Assembly (NCBI RefSeq): GCF_009914755.1
Contig: NC_060936.1
Length of the DNA stretch: 64,000 nt
DNA from: the human T2T-CHM13v2.0 reference genome, Homo sapiens
Direction: 5' to 3' (one strand)
The notes beneath the pieces were generated by a model. That model had not been told where the DNA came from and did not search any database. It saw only the letters and a list, made by a program, of their open reading frames with translations. Below are positions 1 to 14,847 of the stretch, one piece after another. Position 1 is the first letter of the stretch. Every line of letters starts with the position of its first letter. A program made the translations under genes and the position numbers.

Positions 1-1269
1 TACTTTAAGATTTTTGAGTTAGTATGCTACCTTTTTCTTTTTTGACTCAGGATAATTCTGAACTGGTGAGGTGTGCTCACAATGAGGTTTCCTCACAATG
101 AGGTTTCCTCTAAAAGTTTCTTTTCTACTTTCTTCTGTTAGCAAAGCAGTTGCCGCTACAGATTGAATGCATCGGCGGGTTACAGGGTTAATGAAGGGTT
201 TTTGATAGGAAAGCTACGGGTTGTCAGTGGTCTCAGTGTTTTCAGGCTACGCCCTTGTTTACACTGACAACAAGGTAGTATTGGAGTGTTATGGGGTCAC
301 GGAGAAGACCTTCAATTATCAATTATAGGTTTTAAATTTACCCTGGCTTTTAAAGGAATAGGGCACACTGATTTTTACTATTACTATCTTTCTCTTTCTC
401 TTTGACTCCCTCTTTTTCTCTCTCTCTCCTCTGTCTCTTTCTCTCTCTCCTCTATCTCTCTCCTCCGTCTCTCCTCCGTCTCTCTCTCCTCCATCTCTCT
501 CTCCTCTGTCTCTCTCTCTCTCTTCCCTCTCTCTCTCTTCCCTCTCTCTCTCCCTCTTCCCTCTCTCTCTCCTCTATCTCTCTCTCTCTCTCTCCCCTCT
601 GTCTCTCTCTTAGCCATTTACAAACTTGAGGCCCTGGCAAGGGTGGTAGAGAACGGGTCCCACGTAACTGCCCATGTTGAGAGCTGTATACCTAAATCGG
701 GAGGGACACCAGGGATAAGACTCCCTGGGTTTATTGTCTAGATGCCTAAGGATGCAGCCTAGAGCTTCCTTAGATCCCTTTGGAGATACAACTTGCTAGA
801 GGAAATGAAGTCTGAACCATTAGTGCCTAGGAGGCAGGGATCAGAGGAAGTAGATTCGGCGGTAAGGAGAATTTTGGGGCTACACTTTCAAGAAAGTCCT
901 GGTCAGGACCCAGGAGGTATGGGTCAAAAGGAAAGGTAGGGGTGCACACATGGGCGACTGTTAAGTAGAGACTTCTGGCTGTGCCATGATCTCAATGGGC
1001 TAATGCTGGGAGTTCGGGACAACAGGTTTCTGCCTCTAGTCAGCCCTCAGCTTCCCCAAGAAAATTGAAAGTGGAAGCTGGTTGTAGGCTCCCAACCCCA
1101 GATAGCCTCACACCTGAGTCTTAAGTCCGGTGGCCACACTAATCGTTTTTAACTGGCCGACAGGTGCTCGGTATTTTCCTCCAATTCTAAGGAAGGATAG
1201 GAAAGAATAGCAAGTGAAAGTGGTCCGATATTACTCACCATTTTGGAGGTCCCTTCGTGGTCGCCAAAA
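1..1269 (-). mobile_element. HERV-W (HERV17) internal pre-gag leader: PBS 1249-1266, splice donor at 1238, AG-rich tract ~384-612; continues beyond the window
   Basis: TGGCGACCACGAAGGGAC PBS 3 nt after the LTR; ATG|GTGAGT donor; AG-rich expansion typical of the HERV-W leader. Confidence 0.85.
384..612. repeat. (CT)/(CCT)-rich low-complexity tract in the HERV-W leader
   Basis: Nearly pure pyrimidine on +. Confidence 0.9.
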
Positions 1270-2028
<759 letters not shown>

Positions 2029-4282
2029 TAAGGACATATCCAAGACTGGATAATTAGTAAAGGAAATTAGTTTAATTGACTCACAGTTCTGTAGGGCTGG
2101 GGAGGCCTCAGGAAGCTTAAATCATGGTGGAAGGGGAAGCAAACACGTCCTTCTTCATGTGGGGGACGGAAAAAGTGCCAAGCCAAGGTGGAAAAGCCCC
2201 TTATAAAACCATCAGATCTCATGAGAATTCACTATCACGAGAACAGCATGGGGATAACTGCCTGCATGATTCAATCACCTCCTATCATAGGTAATTGAAT
2301 CATGTGTGTGATTCAATTCCGTGTGTCCCTCCCACAACACATGAGATTTATGGGAACCAAAATTCAAGATGAGATTTGAGTGGGGACACAGCCAAACCTG
2401 GACACTCCCAAATCTCATGCCCTCACATTTCAAAATCAATCATGCCTTTCCAATAGTCCTCCAAAGTCTTAGCTCATTTCAGCATTAACCCGAAAGTCCA
2501 AGTCCAAAGTCTTATCTGAGACAAGGCAAGTCCCTTCTACATAGGAGCCTGTAAAATCGAAAGCAAGTTAGTTACTTCCTAGATATAATGTAGGTACAGG
2601 CTTTGAGTAAATACACCCTTTCCAAATGGGATAAACTGGCCAAAACCAAGGGGCTACAGGCCCCAATCAAGTCCGAAATCCAATAGGGCAGTCATTAAAC
2701 CTTAAAGCTCCAGAATGATCTGTTTTGACTCCATGTCTCATATCCAGGTCACACTGATGCAAGAGATAGGCTCCTGTGGCCTTGGGCAGCTCCGGCCCTG
2801 TGACTTTGCAGGGTACAGCCTCCCTCCTGGCTGCTTTCACAGATTGGCATTGAGTGTCTGCGGCTTTTGCAGGCACAGAGCGCAAGCTGTCAGTGGATCT
2901 ACCATTCTGAGGATTGGAGGACAGTAGCTCTCTTCTCGCAGCTCCAGTAGGTGGTGCCCCAGGGGGAACTCTGTGTGGGGGCTCCGGCACCACATTTCCT
3001 TCTGCACTGCCCTAGCAGAGGTTCTCCATTAGGGTTGAACCCCTGCAGCAAACTTCTGTCTGCACTTCCAGGCATTTACACAGATCCTCTGAAATCTAGG
3101 GGGGAGTTCCCAAACCCGAATTCTTGACTTCTGTGTACCTGCAGGCCCAATACCATGTGTAAGTCATCAAGGCTGGGGGCTTGCACCCTCTGAAGCCACA
3201 GCCTGAGCTGTAAGTTGGCCCATTTTAGCCCCAGTTGGAGCAGCTGGGATGCAGGGCATCAAGTTCTGATGCTGCAGACAGCAGGGGGGCCTTGGACCCC
3301 CTAGGGGTCCCTCCTAGGCCTCCAGGGCCTGTGATGGGAGGGGCTGCCGTAAAGGTCTCTAACATGCCCTGGAGACATTTTCCCCATTGTCTCGGCAATT
3401 AGCCTTTGGCTCATTTCATATGCAAATTTCTGCGGGTATATTGAATTTCTCCCCAGAAAATGGGTTTTTCTTCTCTACTGCATTGTCAGTCTGCAAATTT
3501 TCCAAACTTTTATGCTCTGCTTCCTCTTGAATGCTTTGCTGCTTAGAAATTTCTTCTGCCAGAAACCCCAAATTATCTCTCTCAAGTTCAAAGTTCCAGA
3601 GATCACTAGGGCAGGGACAAAATTTTGCCAGTCTCCTTGCTAAAGAATAGCAAGAATCACCTTTATTCCAGTTCCCAGCAAGTTCCTCATCTCCATCTGA
3701 GACCACCTCAGCCTGGCCTTTATTGTCCATATCACTATCAGCACTTTGGTCAAAGCCATTCAACAAGTCTCTAGGAAGTTCCAAGCTTTCCTACATTTTC
3801 CTATCTTTTTCTGAGCCCTGCAGACTGCTCCAATGTCTGCCTGCGACCCAGTTCCAAAGTCACTTCCACATTTTCACGTACCCTTATAGCAGCACCTTCA
3901 CTCCCAGTACCAACTTACTGTATTAGTCCATTCTCATGCTGCTGTAAAGGCATATTCAAGACTGGGTAATTTATAAAGGAAAGAGGTTTAATTGACTCAT
4001 AGTTCCATAGGGCTGGGAGGCCTCAGGAAACTTACAATCATGGCAGAAGGAGAAGCAAACATTTTTCTTTACATGGCAAAAGGAACAAGTGCCAAGCAAA
4101 GGGGAAAAAGCCCCTTATAAAACTATCAGATCTCATGAGAACTCACTACCCCAAGAACAGCACAGGGGTAACTGCCCCCATGACAAAATTACCTCCCACT
4201 GGGTCCCTCCCACGATATGTAGAGATTATAGGAAGTACAATTTGAGATGAGATTTGGATGGGGACACAGCCAAACCATGTCC
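2029..4282 (-). mobile_element. Near full-length THE1 (MaLR, THE1C/D-like): 3'LTR ~2029-2400, internal ~2400-3918, 5'LTR 3919-4282
   Basis: Two similar ~360-bp LTRs (tgtattagtccattctcatgctgc...ggggacacagccaaacc); internal ORF remnant MELPRDLLNGFDQ is typical of THE1/MST-int. Confidence 0.88.
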
Positions 4283-4289
4283 GTCAGTC

Positions 4290-5735
<1,446 letters not shown>

Positions 5736-6329
5736 AGTAGGCAATGAATACATTTTAAAACTCTTCGTTGCTCTTCATTTTTCTTTTACCTTTCTGAAAA
5801 CTCTTTTCAGGTTTCCTTTCAATTCCACTTCATCTGTTTGTCCTGTATACTTTTGTATCTTATCTACACACTCAACAAACTCTCTTCATCTTGTAACCTC
5901 TCAGAACCTAGACTCTAACTTGCATGCAAGTGATTCTCGCCTCTTCAATCTCGACCATTTTCACATTATACCCACTTTCTAAGAGCCTATTGGAATTCTA
6001 TTTTAGTTTTCTAATAAATCTTTCAAATTGTATAAAATAAAATGTATTATGTCCTCTCTCCAAACTTACCATGTTTCATATCTTGCTTAGTGACGTTAAA
6101 CTCCATCTAATCACAAAAGCTAGAGCCACAGTCTCTTTCTCAGTTAGGAAATCCCTTTATGGCCAGAATAGCACTATGCTTTAATCTTCACCCAGCAAAT
6201 ATAAACATATATGCATGTGTATGTGTCACATATATGGTACATACACATGGCTACATATGAGACATAGAATTAGAGAACATATTTATGGACCACATTCAAG
6301 CAACAAAAAACAACAGAAACACACACAGC

Positions 6330-8150
6330 AGTGACAGAGACTAAAGTCAGTGCTCTATAAAGCTCTAAGTCAGAACACTGGCAGAGCCAAAAGCTTAATC
6401 AAGAGCCAAAAGTTCCCTTGGTGTTGCAGGAAATGGAGGCAGGCTCAAACTGGACACGGGAGCAGGGCTCTCCGCCTATGGAAACAGCAGTGACCACTGA
6501 CTAGGACTAAGGTATATGTCAATCTGTGAACTTACAGTGCTTGAAGGAGGTAGTACTTGAGCCAATGCTGGCCAGCTCTATGACTATGACAGGTACCTAC
6601 ATCATCCCTAGCTTTTAATACAAAAGCTGGTTCTGGACTAAGAGTCCCGTGGTACCACAAGGCAATCATAAAACCACTAAAAAGGGAGAGTCAACACTAA
6701 AAGGAAGAAAAGGAAAAAGATAAACCTGCAAACAAAAATTCCAAAGCACACAACCAAAACTAAGAGAGATGGTAAACGACACAGAGATTCTGTCAGTTTT
6801 GAAAAAATAAAAATACAACAATCTTGGTGATTTTGAAATAATTTTAAGATTATCAGAGACACAAGAAAGCACCATATAATTTTGTGAAACACAAGCAGGT
6901 GGATACAATTTAATAAGAAATGGCTAAAAACAGAAACATCTAGCATTCTGACATATGTAAAGATACAGTCCTTGACATAAAAAAGGACTTTTTAGATTGC
7001 AGCTAAAAATTAGAGCAGTAAGATAATTAATCTTAATAATTAAGATAATTATTCACCTAGAAAGAACATGTGAGAGTAAATGAGAAATATAAAAGATTAT
7101 TTGAGGCTCCAAAACACATCTTAAAGGGATTTGAGAATTTAAGAGTAAATGGAAAGACAGGTAAGCAGTTTTCTAAAAGGGCAAGGTTTTTCCAGAATTA
7201 TAACAAATTTTCAGATTAAATGTGCATCAGGTCAGGTATGTTAAATAAACGCACATTTAGAACCATTACAATGAAACTGAAAAGGATGAGAGATAAAGCA
7301 AAAAGACTTAAAAGCTACCAGACGGAAAGATGGATCAGTAGCAGAGCACTAACAATAGAGTGAGAACAGATTTCAACAAACGATTCTGAAAGACAGTCAA
7401 GTAAAACGACCACCAATTTAATACTTTTTATTCACTAAACCATTATTCAAGTTAGGGCAAGATGAGGATATCTTTAGACCCACAAAAGCCATGAGAACAT
7501 ATTTTTTAACAGGTTAAAATAATTCCTAAGGAATACACAGCTGGCTCTTCAACAGTCTGAATTTGAACTACATGGGTCCATTTATATGGAGATTAAAAAG
7601 AAAAAACCACACACACATGGACCAAAAGTACAATATTCAAGGGATGCCAAACCTTCATATAAGGAAAGTTGACCTCAAATATGTGGGTTTCACAGGGCCA
7701 ACCACGGGACTCGAGTATGTGTGGATTATGGTATACACAGGTGCTCCTGGAATGAATCCCTGGAGTATACTGAGGGACAACTGGTTTATCAAGAAGAAAA
7801 ATTAACCAAACATAATGAAATTAAAGTGATTGAAGGAATGGTAAAGTATGTTGGTCATTCTAATAAATATGAATGAAGACAATGTAGGTGAGCAGGAAAA
7901 GTTTGTTAAATCACTATCTTTTCTTTTCTGGGAAGACAAAGAAGTATAACCCTCTATTAGTAAAAAAAACAAGAGGAGAGGGATAGAGAGAGAAAACATG
8001 TTAAAATTTTAGTAGTAACTTTACAAAGAATAAAAATATAACTAACCTGTAAGTTCCAAACTAGCAAGGGAAAACAAGAAAAAATTCAAGTCAAGAAAAG
8101 GAGAAAAAGAAAAATGATGAGAAACAGAACAAAAAAAAAAATAGCAGAAA
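6330..8150 (+). mobile_element. Ancient L1M 5'UTR/ORF1-region remnant
   Basis: A-rich degenerate L1-like sequence; boundaries uncertain. Confidence 0.4.
7538..7783 (-). mobile_element. MER8-like (TcMar-Tigger) MITE
   Basis: Termini cagctggctcttcaaca... and ...gtatactgagggacaactg match the MER8 consensus as recalled. Confidence 0.7.
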
Positions 8151-8155
8151 GAGTT

Positions 8156-8450
8156 CTGCAGAGCGTGGTGGCTCACACCTGTAATTCCAGCACTTTGGGA
8201 AGCCGAGGCAGACGGATCACAAGGTCAGGAATTCAAGACCAGCCTGGCCAACATGGTGAAACCCCATTCCTACTAAAAATACCAAAATTAGCTGGACATG
8301 GTGGCGGATGCCTGTAATCCCAGCTACTCAGGAGACTGAGGCAGGAGAATGGCTTGAACCCAGGAGGCGGAGGTTGCAGTGAGCCACTATACTCCAGCCT
8401 GGGTGACAGAGTGAGACTCCGTCTCAAAAGAAAAAAAAAAGAAAAAAAAA
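8156..8450 (+). mobile_element. Alu (AluS), small right-arm deletion
   Basis: gtggtggctcacacctgtaat...gactccgtctc + A-tail. Confidence 0.93.
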
Positions 8451-8497
8451 GTTCCAAAGGTATTCATAATTCTCAAATGATAACAGCATGAACTCAC

Positions 8498-8999
8498 TGT
8501 GATGGTTAATTTTACATGTCAACTTGACTGGGTTAAGGGATACCCAGATAACTGGCAAAATATTATTTCTGTTTTTGAGGGTGGTTCCATTAGAAATTAG
8601 CATTTGAATCAGTGGACTGAGTAAAGAAGATCCCTTCACACCAATGTGGACGGGCATCATCCAATCCACTGCGGGCCCAGATAGAACAAAAAACAGGAAG
8701 AAAAGTGAATTCACTCTGTGGTAGAACTGGGAAATCCACCTTATCCTTGTCCTTTGACATCAGAGCTCCAGGTTCCCAGGCCTTAGGTCTTGGACTGAAA
8801 GTTACATCATGTTTTCTGGTTCTCAGGTCTTTGGGTCAGGCTGCATTACATCACTGGCTTTCCCGGTTCCCCAGCCTGCAGACAGCATACTGTGGGATTT
8901 CATAGCCTCCATAATCACATAAACCAATTCCCATAAAAAATCCTCCCATATGTCTATATATATCCTATTGGTTCTGTTTTTCTGTAGAACCCTAATACA
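8498..8999 (+). mobile_element. MLT2 (ERVL) solo LTR
   Basis: tgtgatggttaatttt...cctattggttctgtt...ctaataca. Confidence 0.8.
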
Positions 9000-9071
9000 C
9001 ACGCCTATAAAAAACTATAGATGACCATGTTGGGAAAAGTTTTAAGTATATTTTGATTATAACAGACACAA

Positions 9072-9282
9072 TTTTTTTATTGTGATTAAAACAACACAAC
9101 ATAAACTTACCATCTTAAAATTTAAGTATATAGCTCAGTAATGTTAAGCATATTCACATTGTTCAGGAACAGATTTCCAGAACTTTTCCATCTTGCATAT
9201 CTGAAAATCTATACCCATTAATCAAGAACTCCCATTTCCCCCTCCTGCCAGCCCCTGTAACTACTATTCTACTTTGTTTCTT
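9072..9282 (-). mobile_element. L1MA/MB 3'-end fragment
   Basis: aaacttaccatctt...cattgtt...cagcccctg.aact.ctattctactttgtttct pattern. Confidence 0.65.
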
Positions 9283-10479
9283 TGGCTACTTCAGATACTT
9301 CAAAAATGGCACAGTAAGATTGGAAATGACAAAACTGGGAAAAATATACCAAGCAAATAAAAAAATTAACTTTGTAATGAATAGACAGATATCAGACACT
9401 CCAAGCAAATTTAAACCTTGAGTAACACTGATTTTTAAGAAGTGGGCCATGGGAGATACATCAATGAAAGAGACAAAGGAAAAAGACCAGCAAGACAAGT
9501 AGGACTAGAAAAATGTAGAGATTCAGAAAGGTGCTACAACAATGTTTAAGTCCAGTAAAATAAAAACTGTAAACATATGGTCAAGTTTGGAAGTTAGGAA
9601 AACTGGCAATCTTGGCAAAAGCAATTTCAATTGAACATGAACAAATTTTGATCTTCCTAGGTTGAAGAGGAACTAAGATTTTGAGACGTTTGAATGAGAA
9701 AAATAAGAGAGGGGATAATCTAGAGGCAAGGTTAAGGGAAGATAGATATTGAATTATAGGATTCTCACAATCATATTTATAGGTTGAGGACAAAGTTAAG
9801 ATGGAGGGACAGCAACTTCTCACTCCAGCTACATCACTATAGTTCGTTCCCCCATAAACCCCATACTTCTTAACTTGGAGCCACTCACTGTTCCTACAGA
9901 AAAAAAAAAAAAATCTCTTGATGCATGTGGCCATCTGTTTACCTTTAGTAAACTGCATAAGGTGACTTCCTGCTAAGTGCCCACACATCATCTAATTCAT
10001 CATGTGATTACACTGCTAAGTGCTAGACCACATCATCTGGCGATTGTCAAAAACACAGATTGTTTTACTTCATTTCTTCCTAGAAAGTATCTGATTAACA
10101 CAGAGGTTAACTGTCTTTAGTATTTCTTATACAATGATATCACAGCTGGCTTAGTAACTATCTGCTTCCCTGTGAGTTTCTCAGATGGTTCACATGGTTC
10201 TATGGGAAAACAGCTATTATGCTTGGGGTAAAAGCAAAACTTTTGTCTTAGAAGAACTGGATTCTGCCAAGTGAGAAAGAAGAAAAAACATTTCAGGACA
10301 AAAGTTTTGTCATTTATCTAGCACTTTCTTGAGAGAATATTTGTCTTAGTAATGTTACCATAGCCATAGCATCTAAGATAGCACCTAGCACGGTAGCCAC
10401 TCCAATGTTTGCAGAACTGAAGATGAGATAATATATACAATGATGTTTAGTTTATAAAAGGACACGGTGCATAGGGGCG

Positions 10480-11000
10480 GATAAGGAGTACTGTATGGTC
10501 AAAACATTCGGGGGTGATGAGAGCATGGCTTGAAGGGTGAGCTGGGATGTGTACGAAAGGTCTTATATGACATAACTAGGATTTAAAATTAGTCATGGAA
10601 GGTTTTTAAACAGGGAGGTTGCCCATTCAGATTTATTTTAGAAAAAAGTATTTCTGGTGACAGCAAAGACAATGGATTGGATAAAACAAAGGAGGATAAA
10701 GACTAGTTAAAACACTGCTACAAAAGACAGACAAGGGGTTGAACTTCAGCTGTGGCAATGGGGTAAGAGGGAAGGTATCATCAGCCTTGAGAAAACTCAG
10801 GAGCAAAACCATCAGGAATGGTGATTACTGGTGATTAAACAAGAAAGAGTACCAGAACTGGAACTGCTGTGGAATGCAGGTGGAGAAAAGAGATAATTGG
10901 CTTAGCCTGGGACACGCTGGTGAGGTGCATGTAACACTTCCAGGTAGTACAGTTAGAAAGTAAACATTCGGAGACAATCACTGCCAATAACAGGGGCCTA
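10480..11000 (-). mobile_element. L2 fragment
   Basis: gaaggtttttaaacaggga...cagattt...ctggtgacagc...atggattgg L2-like. Confidence 0.45.
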
Positions 11001-13462
11001 CTGAGCTATAGCATTTAACACATCGATAATAAGTATTTATTCATGAACGTGCTTCCTGTCCCACTGATAATTAGAATAAGATTTTATTCATTTTTCACAT
11101 CACCAGAGCATAAGAAATGTGTTTGAAAACTGAGTGTATTGTTACCAAATTTCAACTCTGAGCTGTAGTTAGATCAAAATAAAACCATAGGAAGTAATCT
11201 CAAAATAACCAACAAAACAACTACGATAACCTCATAAAAGTATTAGGTGTTGTACTGAAGAAAAAAAGAATTAAGAAAAAAGTTATACTTGTAAAATAGA
11301 AGACAAAGTTCAACATGAAACCCAACAAAGGTATATAAAAAAATTATAGAAGAAAAGCAAGAACTATACAGCAGTTGTGAATTCCCTTGTCATATTCTTT
11401 AAACTGTATTCTTAAAATTTCTTTAATTAAAACATGTAATTTTAATTAAAAGCCACATGTGAATGTTGGTTTAACTTTCCAGGTATTCATGGATATCAAC
11501 CATCATGCAGGCAGATATGGAATCCAGATCTGACACTAAAAAAAAAATAGGAATGAAAAATGAACTTGTAATTTTTACAGTAGTAAGAATGGACTTGATA
11601 AATTATGCACATTTTAATCTAAAATATAGACTTTCATATGTTTTATCTTAATAATATACCTTGAGTAAAATAAAATGTCTTTGTCAAAAGACATCCCATT
11701 CAGTAACAGATTTTTCAACAACAACAAAAAACCAAATGGCCCAAGATATTGAGATAATTCAGAAAATATGTGGGCAAAACCTCTTCTCTATTAAAATAAA
11801 ATACCAATGAAAATACTTCTGTGCCATTTTAGCTCACGTTTGAGACCAAGCAAGACAATTATTTCAGGACTTTCCTATTACACATTAGTTTAAGAAATGC
11901 CCCATAAAAAAGGTTAAGTTCTGGCACCTAGATATTTCTGGAGTATGAAAATTATTCAATTCATGAAGAAACTGTACCTTTCTTTGAAGACTAATTGTTT
12001 TCTTGGCAGGGTACTGTGTTATCCAATGTGTTAACAGAATGCTGTCTTAAACAATGAGTTCAAAGTTATCCTATTACATAAATCTGATCATTTCAGATCG
12101 CAAGAGTGGGAAGGACAGCTCAGGCATTTTGCAAGGACATTTGGTTCCCATTCTCTTGAAGAATACCAGTGTAGCACATCTATCATAATATTGGTTATAA
12201 ATTACTTCCTATCACATTGAATTGAAAGAAATAAAGCCTCCCAAGTGTGTAGAAACACCAAACCACTTTCCTTGGTTCTGTCAATCTTTAAAAAGTAGTG
12301 TGGCTCTATTCTGAGCAGTAACTTTTGGTTTCTTTCTGTAGAAAGGCTGTGAAAATAAATTATATATATTCCACAGATACTTAACTTTCATAAAATTTTG
12401 CCAGAACTAAGGAATATTTTTCCCCAATATCCTACAATTAGTGCCAATAGTGGAATTAAGATATAAATAATACAGAAATTTTGTGAACATCTATTAAAAT
12501 ATGTTGTACATGAACTCCTATCAAAAAGCATAGGATGATTAAACTGGAATTTTTAAGTATTCCTCCAAGCAATGTGACATTTATCTACATTAGGCTTTTT
12601 ACCTTGAGTCTATGTTATTTTAGGTTATCTTACCACCTACTAGATTGATTTTGTTAATTCAATTTGGAGTCTCAAAATCATATATATTCTTTTCCTGCAA
12701 ATGTCAAAGAGAAATCAAGTTCCTACTCTTTCTCCAGACAGTTAACATTACATCTAATCCACAAATTTCAGCACATACACCCAGTAAAAGGGTAAAATCA
12801 TACTGATGTAGAGTGAATCTAATTTTTGAATTTCAGGCGTTAATGATTTAAACCTTTGTGCTTAAGTACGGAAAAATTAAATCCTTTAAAAGAAGTTCAT
12901 AATAACTGAAAAAGGCCCCATCTGGCAATAATGAAGACAAATTAACAATAAAATTTTGAAAATCTGGCAATATGATCAAGCCAAAGCATACGAAATTACT
13001 TCTCTGTACTTAGTCACTGGTGGTCCAAGGAAGGATCAACTTCCTGTCTTGGATTCTGGCGTCTAAATTAAAGCAGGAAAATCGACTGCAATCTGGGTTC
13101 CAGGCTTCTGGCTCACAAGCAACAAAGCTCGAAACTCACTAAAAGCAGGAAGACTTTAACCCCAACATATTCTCTAAGAAGAATCTGCTTTTTGAATAGC
13201 TGCTTTCAGTTTAGTTCAAACACAAGACAATGGCATAAATTCACACCTTGGAGGTTAGTTGACTTTTAAAGCTTATTGTGCTATATTAACTCCTTTTGTG
13301 CCAATTTATCTTGAGCAAGAGGGTTTTTCTTTAAACTACACATATGAGCTAGAATTTACTACAGAAGAAAAAAGTTTTATAATCTGAATTATTAAACTGA
13401 ATTTTTTTTCCTTTCAGTTACTTTGAATTGTGTCATCTAGTTTTGAAAATATGGTTATATTC

Positions 13463-13678
13463 CAATGAGAACACATGGACACAGGAAGGGGAACATCACA
13501 CACTGGGGCCTGTTGCGGGGTGAGGGGAGCAGGGAGGGATAGCATTTGGAGATATACCTAATGTTAAATGATGAGTTACTGGGTTCAGCACACCAACATG
13601 GCACATGTATACATATGTAACTAACCTGCACGTTGTACACATGTACCCTAAAACTTAAAGTATAATTAAAAAAAAAAA
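13463..13678 (+). mobile_element. 5'-truncated L1PA 3' end with 18-bp TSD gaaaatatggttatattc (13445-13462, 13679-13696)
   Basis: L1 3'UTR ...atgtaccctaaaacttaaagtataat + poly-A; perfect flanking direct repeat. Confidence 0.93.
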
Positions 13679-14444
13679 GAAAATATGGTTATATTCATTT
13701 TTCTGTGTATATATGCCTGCCATGTAATTACATTTTTCAATGAATACTGTTTTAAAACAAATGTTTTAGTTTTATGTGCTTAAGTAAGATATTTTATACT
13801 TAGTTTTTAACCAAACCTTGATGATCAAAGAAAATATTTTGGTAATTGTTCAAAAATAGCTTAGAAGTACCATTTATATACAAACTGCTCTTCCAGCAGA
13901 AAATCAATAAAAACAGAAAACAATTCTAGCAGCATCTCATTACAACCTGGAACAGTGCATGAAAGTCCACTTCTGCTAGAGCCATTTTAGCTATAGACAT
14001 ATGCAATAAACCACTCGCTTGCTGTAAGAAAAGGGACGGCAAAAGTGAAACTACTTGGATAAGCATAAGGCATTAGACCACGTAAACCATTATTATAATT
14101 AAAGAAACATGAATTGAGCAGTGATTTATGGTAGTTGTACTATATTACACCAGATTATAACAACAAATCTTTTTTTGTTCGTAGATTTAGAAATAATGTA
14201 CCTTAAATCTCTGTAGCTCCTTCTCGTTTACAATTGTGCTTTCATATGCACAATCTGATTTCAATCTGTATTACAACAATCCTGGGAGGTAGAAAAAACG
14301 GTCATTTTTGTTCATACTTTAATGGGCTAAATATAATTCCCATCCGTTTGAGACATGATAATGTGAACTAATTAAGCCTAAATTGTGCTAAAAATAATAA
14401 AAATTGTTATTGTATAAATGGGGCTTGGCATCAAATTGACACAT

Positions 14445-14450
14445 TTTATT
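14445..14450 (-). terminator. Polyadenylation signal AATAAA of LRIG3
   Basis: tttatt on +, ~400 nt past the stop, followed on - by U-rich sequence. Confidence 0.8.
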
Positions 14451-14458
14451 AAATATAA

Positions 14459-14466
14459 TGTGCAAA
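14459..14466 (-). promoter_or_regulatory. miR-19 8mer seed site (TTTGCACA)
   Basis: + strand TGTGCAAA = miR-19 nt 1-8. Confidence 0.5.
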
Positions 14467-14807
14467 ATATAATGAAGTAACTTCTATTTAAAAAATGGTA
14501 CAAGGCAGGTATTATTTAAAATGCTTTAGTAACTCATTTTCCATAAAAAGAAATCTGGCATTATAAAAATACATAAAATAATCATGATTTATATCATTAA
14601 TTTACGTAAGATACTTTTTTGCATAAAACAAAGTTAAAAAATAGTTTAAAAAGGTATTCTTATATGAGCATCATTCCCAGTATAAAAATTTTCATAACTT
14701 TTTGTAATTTTGGTTCATCTGTATAAATAAAGCATTTTTATCCTTTTAAAATTCATAACTCCATTTAAAAAACATAAGATTCTCTCTCTTTTAAATAAAA
14801 GTTCACT

Positions 14808-14817
14808 TGAGGTAGTA
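14808..14817 (-). promoter_or_regulatory. let-7 8mer seed site (CTACCTCA) overlapping a miR-196 7mer-m8 (ACTACCT)
   Basis: + strand reads TGAGGTAGTA = let-7 nt 1-10. Confidence 0.7.
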
Positions 14818-14847
14818 TGTTAAGCTTTTCCTTTGGTCTCATTCAGT

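Larger units (their letters stand above)
14431..14847 (-). other. LRIG3: LRIG3 3'UTR (AU-rich; end approximate)
   Basis: Lies between the stop codon and the AATAAA at 14445-14450. Confidence 0.8.

Noticed and set aside
384-640. ER-rich and LS-rich ORFs
   Set aside because: Translations of the AG/CT low-complexity tract of the HERV-W leader.
2667-3784. 108-aa and 122-aa ORFs
   Set aside because: Broken remnants of the THE1 internal ORF; no evidence of a host gene.
6214-6249. 11-bp inverted repeat (also 10-bp arms at 52489-52517)
   Set aside because: Alternating RY or AT-rich low complexity; expected by chance.
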